A model generated the notes under the pieces. That model made no database searches, had not been told where the DNA came from, and saw only the letters and a list, made by a program, of their open reading frames with translations. A stretch of DNA of 64,000 bases. Origin: Paramecium tetraurelia. Lineage: Eukaryota. The DNA lies in NCBI GenBank assembly GCA_000165425.1, contig CT868463.1, forward strand, positions 372,001-436,000. Direction: 5' to 3'. How positions within the stretch are numbered: position 1 is the first letter of the stretch; the number at the start of each line of letters is the position of its first letter. This document shows, in pieces, positions 25,261 to 38,413 of the stretch. The translations under genes were made by a program, and so were the position numbers.

Positions 25261-28200
25261 ATGAATAATTATTACATTGAAATACTCCATTATTTTGGAA
25301 AAGTCAAGTCAATACCGATCGATTTCATTAGAAATTTGAATAAAGATGTTTCCAACCTATATGAACTGTTCCAGATGTTTGCTTAAATGTTTGAAGAACA
25401 TCCAGAAAGTCCAGATCTAATTATCCTAACCATTTCATTATCTTAAGATGTTCCTCATTTTTACTGTGTGCAATCATTAAATAATTTAACAGTGTTGCTT
25501 TTCTAATCTCATATGATTGACTTAGCTAAAAATGTAGCAAAATTTAACTTGAAATACTTTGAATAAGACATCCCATAACTACATATCATCTCACATTTGA
25601 ACCTAGCCAGAATATATTATTTCTTGTAAGATTTCAAAAAATGCCTCTCAGTTACAGAAAAGGCCTTAATTCATTATGAACCGTATGTAAGGCTTTGCAT
25701 TTTAATTAGATCAGATTTTCAAAGAAATAAAAAATTCTTGCAAACCTAAAGATATTGTTCTACTGCTTAATGGTTATATTTTCTATGCAAAAACAGTGCA
25801 AAATTTATAGGTTCTTGGATTTTGTTAAGATTTAGATTTTTAATAATTTTTTATAAATGGAGCCAAACTTGGTCGAAAGTATTTGGGACCATCACATCAT
25901 ATTACAAAGCTATTTTTATTTAGCGAAAGAGGATCGAATATGAAAAAAAGTATGAATAACTTTATTCCTATGGTATCAAATAAAATCAATAAATTAGAAA
26001 AAAACAATAGGCAAAATATTGAATACCTAAAAAATTTGTATCCAAGTACACTAGTTACTTAAGTCGTTAAAAAATGGGAAAGCTCCTCTTTTTAAAAATC
26101 CAAGACATATTGAAAGATCTATAAGTGAAGCTTAAGGATTTAAAACTTTTAAACGTCCTGATTCAGTCAAGCCCTAGTCATAAAGACATGAACAAATTCA
26201 ACTGTAAAAAATCTAACAGACTAACATTCAAAAAGGAAGTTTTAGAATCCAATCTCCTAAGGTAAAAGTTTATTGAATTTATTAGTTAATTTAAAGCCAG
26301 TAAGTATAACCTTAGAATGATCTTGAATCAATAATATAAAGGAAAATAGATACTTTTATGAAATCTTAAAGTTAAAAGAAATAAGAACCAAAAATTGTTG
26401 AGCTAGAAAAAAAAATTGATGAATTAACAAAAGAAAATAAAAGAGTTTAGAATTAAAGAAAGGAGAGAGAAGTTGAAATTGAAGAATTAAAAGATAAAAT
26501 AACTTCATTAAGTGCAGAAGCTTCAAAAATAAAATTCAGACTCTAGGAACAAGAGACAGCATAAGAAAAGATGAAATAGTTATAATAGCAACAATAATAA
26601 CAATAACAACAACAATAGCAATAATAATAATAATAACAATTATAATAATAATAACAATAATAATAATAGCAATAATAATATTCATAAATTTCAACCTAAT
26701 AACAATAAAGTTCTGATTCCTAAGCTGCTATAATGTAAGAAAGAATGAGCTTTGGTGTTGCTTCAAATTAATCTTAAAAAATTTAGAATTTACAAATAAA
26801 AAAATAAGAAAGACAAAGTACCATTGATATCCATAACTTAATTAATGGATTAGTAGATCCAGATGAACCTAAAATTAATAGTATATCTATGATAAATGAT
26901 ACAGATTTCACATTAGATTTGAATTTAACAATATTAGATTGTAATAAATTATTAAATTAATTTAGAGATGGATCAATCTAAATAATATAGCATTAATTTA
27001 ACAACAGATCAAACAATTGTAAAAAAGGCTTTGATTGAAAATGTGTTATATGAAATATCTTGCGGTGTTGTGTAGAAAAACAAAGAATTATCTATTAAGA
27101 TTTCTTTAAATACCAAAAAAGAACATTCAACTGCTAAAATCGAATATGTTGAGTTATCAATAATAAAGGATTTAATATAATTCATAGATTATAAGAATGT
27201 ATTGCCCTATACTTAGCAACTGAAATGCATTACAACCTTTAAGTAATTTATCTAATATTTGATAATCCCATTCATATCAATAAAAGATGATGAAGGAGAA
27301 TAAAAAATATCAATATATGCATAGCCATAAAGTTTATTAAATGATTGTGAAAAGATTTAATTGTGTGACGAATAATGCATTCCATTGTTGTATCCCTTAG
27401 AGGATGGAATATTTCGATTAATATTAAATACAGTTGCTATAGATTTATAATTCGATCAAAGCTCTTTAGATTAATTATTTGATATTTATGGCTAAGATGA
27501 TTATGAAAGAGAGGAAGTTTAGGAAATGATAAGGATATAAGATAACTTAGAAAAATCGAATGATACAGTCAAGCCAAAACATAAGGTTTACAATATTCGA
27601 AGTTATATTGTTAAAAACTAATAAAAATTGACTTCTTTCTTATAAAAAATTGGTAAATGATTTAGAAGAACTATTATATAGAATTTTTAATGTTCAAAAA
27701 TTTTCATAAATAAATAAAATATTGAGTGGAACATAAATAACAATGCCAAATAAAAGCTAGGCAAAAGTTTAAATGTGTTTATTAAAAATATGGGATAAAA
27801 ATACTTTTTAAAGAATTATATTTATAGCTGATAATTCAAGAGAGCAATGTTTTGAGTTGTTTTTAAGCAACACATTTGAGACATATGGTAAGAATAGAAT
27901 TAATAGTAGGTCCAAGACAATCAAAAGTCAAAGCAATGGGGCATACATAAATTTAGTATGATAATGTATGTTAGAAATTGGGATTAAATGTTAGTAGTCT
28001 AGATCAAGTAGATTATCCTTTGATATGCAATATTTTGTGCAACTTCTACACAGTGCTAACTTTTACAAAGGAATTGGATGCAGATGATTATGAAAGATTT
28101 AAAGAGAATGCTATCATGCCAGTTGATTTGTCTTGTGAATGTAATTGCAGAATGTTTTTAAGTAATCATTAAAATGAAGTTAGCCAATCAAAACAGTTTG

Positions 28201-28584
28201 TATAAAATACCACTCACAATGTCTTATTTGGGAATCCAAGATAAACCAATAGGAATAAGAATTTAGATTTATGATGCACATACGAATACTGAGCAAGGAA
28301 TGTTTCTATCGATTTCAAAGGAAACATGGGACAAACTTGAAATATAAGTTAAGGGCAAACACTCAAGGAAATATGCACTTTAGAATAAAATGAGTAGTGA
28401 ATATCATTTACCATAAATCTTACAAAATGGAGGATTTCAAGTTATAAAAGAGAAACTTACAGTAGAAGACAGCAAGACATACAGAATAATACATGGAAAA
28501 CATATTTCTTTTGTAGATAGATTGGAAAATGTCCTAAATTCTTATTCACTATTAGAATATCTCAATAAAAAGCTATAATCATGA
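25261..28584 (+). CDS. Large hypothetical protein (~1050 aa): TPR-like N-terminus, coiled coil, poly-Gln tract
   Basis: Long code-6 frame with several short introns. TPR-like HLNLARIYYFLQDFKKCLSVTEKAL and ends ..LEYLNKKLQS*. Internal intron positions were not all verified. Confidence 0.7.
26583..26678 (+). repeat. Poly-glutamine tract encoded mainly by TAA/TAG/CAA (Q19-L-Q12)
   Basis: In-frame run of TAA, TAG and CAA triplets inside the 25261-28584 gene. Confidence 0.9.
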
Positions 28585-29377
28585 TCTATTATTGAATGAT
28601 GAAATATAAAATTTACATCTTTCATATGCACTAAAAAATACAATTCCAGATACTGAGATCTACATTGTTCTTATATGCGCAGCTCTAAAAAAGCCTAAAA
28701 TTCCCTCTGTCTCATAAATCGACTTTATACAGCCTGTTAATGAATCATAAAATTAATTCCTTTGTGTCATTAATTTTGATTTTACAACATCGCAAGGAGT
28801 TGTTAAAAAGGCTGCTGTCCCACCTGCCACTGCACCATTCAATGCATGATCTGCAAATCCATCATTTCCAAAATGCATCTTCATATTTTCATATATAGGA
28901 AATTGAATTGCACTAAATGGTATTTCTCTCATTATTATGGTTGTGAATCCTGCATAAAAACCACGGAATCCTTATCCATTATAGATTGATCTTAAGGTAT
29001 CTCTTACGTTTCCGTCCAATCCTACTTGCATTTGATTTTTGACAACTTCAAAAGGGTTTCTGAAAATATTTGTAACAAATTCGCCTAATGCTCCAGCCAA
29101 CATATGTGAACAGCCATAATTTTTGGATGTATCATAAGTGGAGAAAAATATAAACGCTGATGGGAAGGAGACTGTGATTTATGACAAAAGCTTCAAATAA
29201 TACATAAGATGGCTATACTCCTCTGTATTTATTTACTTTGGCTGCTGTTTTGAAATAATCAATTTTATTATTGGATGCTTAGATTCTAGTCTTGATTGTT
29301 TCAATAGGAAAAAAGATGAAATCTGTAATGATTCCAGCTGAGCCTCCTGCAATACCAGAAATAAATATTTAATCCAT
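28579..29377 (-). CDS. SLC25A26: Mitochondrial S-adenosylmethionine carrier (SAMC/PET8-like)
   Basis: Three carrier signatures FFPIETIKTRIQ, RNPFEVVKNQMQ and TTPCDVVKSKLM, plus the SAMC-type REIPFSAIQFPIYE. Confidence 0.85.
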
Positions 29378-29394
29378 TTTAAAATAATATATAA

Positions 29395-32300
29395 TCATTT
29401 TAACTCAAACAATTTTAGTAAGCATTTCTTAATTTGAAAAAATAAATTATTTTTCTATTAACTCAAGCATCTACCACATTTCTTACACTCTTAACAGCTC
29501 ATTTATAAAATACAGTATTCACTGACATAACTACATGCATTCAGTAATTATTCATAAAATTCACTTAATTTTATTTTAATCTAAATTAATAAATTATACT
29601 ACCTCCTCATCACACAGCAATAGAATTTTCGGCAAAATAGAAACATCCAACAGAGTTCTGAGATTCGTCATTTCCCTTTCTGTCTCTTATTATTTTATTT
29701 TAATAAGTGGATTATCATCAACAACTTCCTATTATTGATTCACAAATTAAATGTGCTTAGAATTAAATTACTTAATAGAGTCTAACAAAATCTATAAATA
29801 TTTATTTAAATCTATCTAATATTGTTCTCTCAGTTATTATTCCTTTATCTATTATTCTTATGATTATTGTTCATTTTACTCTTGTTTTTATTATTATTAC
29901 TATTCTTATTTTAACATCTTCATTTTAAATTGTATTATCATAATCATACAAGAAAATGCCTCTCTTTCTTATCTGAGCAAACCAGGTAAAACACTCATTT
30001 CCTACATAAATCCAGATCTCCAAATATTATACCTTAATTCTATTTATTGATTAAAGTCTTTGGCAAATTGATATGATTCGTAAAAGGTCTTCTCTAAATT
30101 GTCCAATTAATTTAAATTCCAATTCTAATGATAAAGTTCACATATATCCTTACTGGTTTAAATTAATAGTAATTAGGAAGCACACTAACTATAGCATTCA
30201 TTAATGATATCATTCGTGATACTCTAAAATGATTTCTGTTTCTTCAATATGCCATTGAACTACTATTCTTATTTAATCGTTGTTTAATCAATATCTTTAA
30301 GTTTAGTTGGTATTGTATATCTTAGCATTTATTAAATAAATAACAATATCTATTCCCAATCTTTTTGATCAAATTATAGTCCTTTATCAATAATCATAGT
30401 TTTAAAAGCCCAAATACTTAATTGTGCTAATTTTTCATTTTAATTTTGAATGCAATTTTAAAATAATTTTAAGAAATCTGCCAATTATCCTTTCAATTTA
30501 GTGTAATGTTTCTTTATTAAGCTTGAAATATTTTGAAATACCTTTTGGCAACTATCCTTAAACCAATATTAATTGAGCTCTGGACTTGTACTTAAAGTAA
30601 ATTAAATTTCATCAAATATAGGTCTTAATACAGAAGAAAAAATCATTATCCAGTACTCTTCATTGAATAAACTGCCTTTCTCTTCTAAGATGTAAAATAA
30701 TGTTTCAACAGCTTAAGTTTAAATTTGAATTCGTTTATCACCTGCCAAATTTGATAAGATTCCTAATAGAGGAACTTATAACGTTTATTACTCTTATGTT
30801 ACCATAAAACGTTAGCATTGCTTTACAAATTCTATTGAATTTATTGCCATATATTCATTATCCTTTTTACCTAAGATCTAATAGGTTTGAATCAAATCGA
30901 TCAGTATCATTTCTTATATTTCTATAAATTTTAAGAGATCAAATGCTAACTTAGATATTGTGTCATTTTCCTCTTTCAATCCAAGATTAATAAGATTAAA
31001 TATTACCTTATATCCACTTTTAATGTAGGTCTTACTATTTTAAAGGATTTACTTAACACATAGCAGTACAAATTCTTTTTCATCTGCATCACTATTTAAA
31101 TATATTATTTCAAATGGCTTCAAGACCTCTCTTTAAAATTGAATATTGTACAATTCTTCTTTCTATAAGAATTTAATGTTAAGTTATTTTAAAGAATCGA
31201 CAGCGAAAATAGTGATTGATTTAACTCTAAATGCAACTGCTTCTTAAATATGTTAACCTACAATAGACCATAATCTATTCCATATGACTTTGACTCTATC
31301 CATATTGTAATCACTAACTTCAACAAGCTTTTGTAAAGAATATATACGATGCTTATTAAAGATTTCTTATTTTGATAATTAGCATAGTTGAATAATAAAT
31401 TCCTCAATAGATAAGTTATCTAAATCTTTTGAACTCATAAAGACTTTATCTGTGTGATCAGAATCTAATTATCTTAATTCATCCATTAAACTTACTGCTT
31501 CTAATACACATTTCCATCCTTATTCATGCAAGGAATTACCAATTATTGGAATTATAGACAATAAGCCAATCATTAACATACCATTTCCTTTTTTTAAACT
31601 ATTCAAGCCAACCTTTACAACATCTTAAACTAGATTTTCTATTTTCATTTATAACTTTGAGGACAACCTAATTAATTATAGGATACTTTTGATTAATGCA
31701 TCGCCATTAGGGGTAGTTTCAAAAGTTACTAAAAGAATTTCTAAGAATTTGCCTGAAAAGGATTCTAGCAAACCCTTTGATAATAATATAGTTTCTTGAT
31801 CTATTTATATATAGTTAGAATCTGATTATCTCTTGATTAAATCTTTAATCTTCTTTAAGAGTTCTTCCATTTAATTTTAATATTAGTTGGGAGTTAGTGG
31901 ATTCATTGATGTATTTGATTCCCTAACAGCAAGTGGATTCTTTTAAATTGAATTATAAGTAATCGTTAGATATTCCAAAGGCAAATCTTCACCATCATTT
32001 ATTTGTCTTGCCAACTTTGTGAAATCAGTTAATTTCATTTTTTCAACGACCTTAGGATTGTGTAAATCTGTTTATAACATGACTAAGAGATATGTGAAAG
32101 TATAAATGCTACTGCTAGACTTAAAGTGAAAATTCTAATTGTTTTGGTTGTCCTCGTAGAATTTATCTGCAAATTTCTAGACAACTCTATCAATCTACTA
32201 TGATTCAGGTGGTAAAGTAAACAAATCCAAGTATTGTCTTAAGGCTTATTCAACTGACAAATTATGAAATGTTAAAAAATTAGTGTAATCTCTCAACACT

Positions 32301-33908
32301 TAGATATTGATTGGATGATGGCCACCAAGATATTAACCTACAGATTCCTTTGGTAAACTTTTATTCTCCAATAAAAATTTTGCAATTGAAGTTGGATCAT
32401 CTTATATTATATTTGCCTTTAAAAAAAATGAAACTCCCTTCTCAGGATTCTTTTTAAAAAGTTCTACTCCTTTTTATATTTCTTACTTTTATTGTCTTTG
32501 CATTTCTAATTAGTTTATAAATACAGTTTCATCAATGTCCTAAGGCTATTATTACTCCTACTATGAATTACTAATAGCTTTTTCATTAAAGGTTTATTCT
32601 ATGCCTACAATTATTGCTTAATATATTTGTGTAATCAATGGACGGAATTATTCATTTTGTTAGAAGATAGTGTGTAATGCATTAATAATATTTTCCATTA
32701 AGAATTCATGCTTTATGCTGCAATCATAATTCAAATAGAACTCAAGAGAGGCGTGCTTTCTTTGAAATATATTCAACAACGATTCTAAAGTTGTTTACTT
32801 ATGTTAATCAGTAGTGTTTTTGTTTTCGAGAACACTGAGATAAATTTGATTAATAAAGATATTTATTTAATTAATCATTTCTTTATGTTTACTAAATGCT
32901 AATCTTTAAAAGATTTTAAAACTTAATGAGTATAATTAGTATTCGTTTTATAAACAAAATTTTAACAAGTCTGAACTTAAATTATTTAAGCTTTTACTCT
33001 CCACAGAGAAATCATAATTATCGCATATGAAATAAATTCCCTCTAGTAAAATTATTTAATTTCTTTACTATTAAAATTACTGCTTTGGAGATAAAAGTCT
33101 AATTAACAAATCAAAGACATTTTATGCATTTTCATAATTTTTTTATTATAATTCTAGGGTCTCTTAAATATTCTTCTTGCATCCATAAGAACAAACTGTT
33201 ACTTTCTACTGTCTACATTCAAACTTACCTTGTTTTCCACAATACTAGCATAATTTTTTATCAGAAACTTTATTTATAATATTATCCATTGTAATTTTCA
33301 CAATGCTTTCACAATTAGTTCCTTAAAATGTTATTAAAATTATCTATAAGAAAATGCTTTTGCATAATCTATCAATATTTTAAGACTTTGACTGTGCATA
33401 AATATACACAACGGTTTTAATTATTTTTGTTAGCTCATGTTATTACATATTACAAAATGGATTTGTTACAAGTGATATCAATAATTTTAATGCTAATGAA
33501 ATTATTTCATCCTTCTCGACCAAGCATTATTATACTAGAAGTATTAGTGATTCTATCACATTAATCGATTATTCTTTTTTTTTCCCTGTAGCATCTGTTA
33601 TTTCTATTGTCTCAAAATATTAAAAGTTTTATGTATTATCAATTAATTATCCATCAATATACCCTTTTGATACTATGTTCTAAAATGTAATTAAATTATA
33701 CAATTAGTGTTGTTAAAGTTAATTCTTTAATTTTACTTTACTTGATTTGCATTCCCTATTTAAAAGCAATAATGTGATCTCCGAAATACGATTTGTCTTA
33801 TCCATAGAATTTTGAAAGGGTCTCTTTGTAATAATTTCCTTTTTAGGGAAGCACCTTTTTCAATTTTTCAATATATTATTAAACCAGACTTTAATATGTT
33901 TCATTCAT
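29395..33908 (-). CDS. Large Sec7-domain ARF guanine-nucleotide exchange factor (BIG/GBF-type)
   Basis: FYLNYDC, ALRQYLDLFTLPPESQQIDRVVQKFADKFY (Glu finger), LLVMLQTDLHNPKV..INDGEDLP, LQKLVEVSDYNMDR, IFAVDSLKQL, KSGYKVIF. Confidence 0.9.
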
Positions 33909-34117
33909 TGTAATTATTATTTATAAATTATATTAATATAATGCAATTTTACAAAAAATAAATTTCCAGAATCTGAAAATTTATCAATTCTAAAAACAAA
34001 TTTTTTAGAACCATATTAATGCTTAATTTTAATAATCCTATAACAATTGGATGTTTTATTAGCTTAATAAAATAGTATTTCTAATATAAAATAATTATGA
34101 ACTCAAAAGCAAATGTC

Positions 34118-35709
34118 TCATCGATCAGTATTTAATAAATTTTAAAATAATTAGTTTTTATTGGATGGAAGAAAAGAAAAATTATTTCCTATATCTAAAG
34201 ATATATTTCTAATATAGAGCCCAATAACTAAAATAATTTTTTATTCTTACATTGAACATCAAACTCTATGCTATTTAAAAAATTTGAGTAAAGGCGTATT
34301 CTCTGCATTAACTTATCTAAAGACTTTTTAGAATAATAGCAGGTAAATTTGATTAATACTTACTAATTTTCTAAAAATATTGTAGATATCTTCAAATGTT
34401 TCGATATTGTTTTTTCTATTATCTCAATAAATAACATTAATAACAGTTCTTTATTGTTCGTAATTAAATTGATTTTATTATCAATTTATATGTCGTAATC
34501 TGAGTAGATAAAATTTATTTTTTGGAATAAGTAATCTAATTTGAAAATTTATACTGATAAAATGCTATGAGGGGTGATATATTCTTATAAATTTGCATAT
34601 AGACAAATTTTTCTAATTTTTGATAAACAATTAAGGGATGCAGATATATCATTATTCTTCTTTTTAAGAGGTTAGTATAACAAATAAATAAACTTTTTAT
34701 ATTTAAATTAATAATTTGAATCCAAATTTATCTTTTTGTCAATCTATATTTATGTCTCATTGATATGCTTATCTTTGGAAATAACTTATAAAAGTATAAG
34801 AGGTCGAACACTATAAAAAATTGAATATTGAATTATTTGAGTTTTACCTTAAAATAGGATAGTCAGATTTTATTTAAGATCATCTTAAGAAAAATTTTTA
34901 TGACTTTAAATCTATTCAAAACAATATTACTCAAAGTTTTATGTTTTACTTAATTTGATAGCCCTCAAATAGAATTTTAGCTATTAAGTTGTATCAATTT
35001 TGTAAATGTAATTTTTTGAATTAGACAATTAGAAACTAAATGTTCCATTATCAAAATAAAATATTAAATATTATTCACCAATTAATTAGGTAAATATCTT
35101 TTCCCATTGATTATCAATAAAACCCAATTAAAATTGAGATCTTAAAGCAACTTAATGCTCATATAAACATTATAAAAAGACCAATACTGATAACACCACT
35201 GCCACAATGCCTGCATAATAAATCTATTCCTGCTTATATGACCAAATAAATAAGTATATTGAAGGGAAAATACTTGCTTAGTAAGCAGCCTCTATAAAGT
35301 CAGATTACAAAATTATTATAAATTATGATCCTATAATGCCTATCTAGATTATCTTTTAATAATTTATTGAATACATTGCATCCTAATATTCAATTACTAC
35401 AAAAGCAGTGACAAAAAAATGATTATAAAATAAAAGGCTTTTCCCAATATATTTAGGATAATATCTAAATATTAAGATTAGGATTAAATTTAGAATAATT
35501 TCAAATAAGTAATGCACAAATGCATAATTTAAAGTTAATACCTCATATTCGCCTGACGCAATAATTTATAATAGGTCGGAGATTTCAACAATTGTGGTGG
35601 ATATAATTAATCTTTTTAAAAGAGGTTTTCTATTTATCTCTAGCAAATATTTTTGATAGGAATCTTCTAAATGATTATCTTTAAAAAACAAGGAATAACG
35701 ATTCATCAT
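34118..35709 (-). CDS. Multi-pass membrane protein (~522 aa) with about 6 N-terminal TM helices and a cytosolic C-terminal region
   Basis: Frame open from MMNRYSLFFKDNHLEDSYQ through several hydrophobic segments. A 23-nt intron near 34228-34250 gives a stop at 34118; the 3' end is less certain. Confidence 0.7.
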
Positions 35710-36261
35710 TAATATGAATATTTATTTTATGAAATTAAATATTAAATTAAAATATAGAGAACAGCATTATGTATATCAGATTAGATTAATAGATTATTTC
35801 AACTTGATATTTTTTAAAAACAGATTTTAAACTTTTTAGAATTTTTATTCACTTTTATGATTTTAAGAATTTAACCATTAGTTTTGTGATTTAAATTTAT
35901 ATATTCCGAGTTATCTTACTGAATAAGATAACAAAATACTAATTTTAGTTCAAGAATAAGCAGACTTAAAATGCAATTTATTTAGTTTAATGATTCTATA
36001 ATATTTCTTTTGCAAAGGAACCATATTTTTGAGAAAATTTAAATAAAAATTCAATTATAGTGCTTTAAAAAATGAAAATTAAATTAAGTCCTTCTAAATA
36101 ATATATTTTTGAGTAAAGAGAAACCAAATATATAAGTTTTTAAGAAAAATTATGATTTATGGTCATCTTTGTATTTAATATGTCCTCGAAAAAAATCCAT
36201 AATTTATATTTAATAGAAAAATATGATTTATTTACATTAAATATGATGATTTATAAATCTT

Positions 36262-37861
36262 TCAGCTTTGGGCTATTAGTACCTTTTTAATTCCTTAATT
36301 TAAAAACTCAACCTTGAAATTCGAATTTTCATTAGCTTAATAATAGGCCTATTTAATATAAAAATACAATACTTTTTCTGCAGAATCAAAACTGAAGAAT
36401 TTAAGATGAGCAGCTTTATCTTTGATTTTGATTTGTAAATTGTCTATTTTTCCGTATTTCTAAGGATATTATTTGAATGATTACTTGGAATTCTTCATTT
36501 AGAACCTTTGTAACAGTCTTTTCTTTAAATAATTATTCTGGTATTTGAGAAATTAATAAGGTGTAATCGTAATTCTCGTTTAGCCATTGTAATTCTGTTT
36601 TGAGTTATTCTAAAGAATTCATTTTTGATATTTCCTCCTTTTTCTAGGTTAATAATCTATGATTAATTTATTTGTTACTTTTTTAATTCTTCAATTTCAG
36701 CACTTAGTTATGGTGGATAATTGTCTTTCCTCTTATTTAGCAAGAAAGCTAATCTCAATTTATCTACGACTAGTGTTTTGGCTTGCCCTTTAATTTATTC
36801 AATTTGATTATTTAATTCTTGTTCTTCTTTGGTTTTTTTTTGGTCATTTTCTTCTTCCATTTTTGTGTCTGATTTTTATTGAACCTATTATTATTATTAT
36901 TATTGTTGTTATTAGTTTTATTAAAGAGGTGCTGCTGGTTAACTAGATTGGTTTGATACTTTTTTTCCTTCTTTGTCTAATACAATAATCTTATTATTCT
37001 TATTATCATCTTAGTGTTGCTGCTATTTTATAAGATATTTAAATACTTTATTTAAGCTTTGAGTAAACTCAATTTTAACTCCTTTGTGAACTATAAATTT
37101 ATCTATTAAAGCTTAGGCGTCACTATGATTCTTAAATTAGACAGATGGTACTCTATAATTAAATCTAATAATTACCTTCCTAATAATTGAATTCTAATTA
37201 AGTCTCCTCTTCCTTAGAGCAATGATTCAATTTCTGTGTATGATCTCATTTCTCTGGGGACATTTTGTAAAAAGACAACATTTTTATTATTATTATTGTG
37301 TTATTATTTACGATTATTATTATTGGTTAGTGAAGACAGTAAATCCTTGATATTCATCTCTTTTCCTAATGCTTTTTATAAATCTGATAATATGTTTGTA
37401 TTCTTCTAATTTTTTTTTGATTTTTTATTCTTTTCCCTATCTCTGCTTCTATCTCTTTTGTGTTTGTTTTATTATCTATTGTGACCTCTGTTATCATCCT
37501 CATCTGAACTACCTGAGGAGCTTCTTTGTTTAAGATTGTTTTTTTCTAATGGATCATCACTATGTCCTTCAACGAAATCAATTAATCTCTCCACATATTT
37601 TTATAAATCTTTTAATAATTCATTTTCTTACCTCCTTCCACAAGTTTGCTATCATCATCTAAAACAAGATTCTCAAGCATTAAATTCACTTTCTATCTCC
37701 TTGACGAATCTTATTCGAATGAAGTAAAGCATTCATTCAATAAATCTGCAAATTCATCAATTCCTGTAGATGAGCTCAATCTTAAATTAAATATGAAGCA
37801 TTTACTCATCCTTGTATTTTTTGATGAAAGTGAGAATTCTTTAATGGATTTTTGTACTCAT
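36262..37861 (-). CDS. RRM-containing RNA-binding protein with RBM26/27-like architecture
   Basis: Helical N-terminus, RD/RS-rich stretch (KRDRSRDREK), RRM1 (VVFLQNVP..SVQFKNHSDAQ), Q-rich coiled coil, RRM2 (TLLISQIP..YGKIDNL..AHLKFFSFDSAEKA). Confidence 0.65.
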
Positions 37862-38413
37862 TCGAAAAAATAATAAAAAGAGATTTTAATTAATCACAAC
37901 TAATTAATCACCATTGATATATCAATAGGGATAACTTTTTGAATTAAGCCAATTAAAATTCATTCATTTATTCTTCTGATTTTAGATTTAAACTAGAAAA
38001 TGATTTCAGTTAATATTTACATAAGAAAAATGAAAAATGGAAGTAGTGTTAGGTTGGTAATCATTTGCATTTTCTATTATTTTTAGGTTAATGTATTAAG
38101 AAACAATCACTTATCTAAAAATAACTAAAGTATATTGATCTCTATTTAAGTATATTTTTCAGATACATTTCCTTGGTTTAATACTTTAAAAGTTGAGACC
38201 TTTTAAAAAACAATTAATAATTGAAACAAGATAATTAAAGATAACATTTAATTTTCTTCATAGCTTTTAAATCTATATGCAGAAGAAATAAATATTTAAC
38301 AATTAGCTATTCTATACTTATAATTCAAAAACTCAAACTATCATAATAATGAATATAAAAATAGAAGAAAATGATTGACAATATCGATTTTATGATTTAT
38401 TATTTGATCACAT

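Noticed and set aside
26583..26678. TAA-rich microsatellite as a non-coding or telomeric repeat
   Set aside because: It is an in-frame poly-Gln tract. No C4A2/C3A3 telomeric repeats were seen in the window.
33901..34117. Extension of the 6TM gene to overlap the Sec7 start
   Set aside because: The unspliced frame stays open to 33901, but a canonical 23-nt intron gives a more plausible stop at 34118, so the overlap is not supported.
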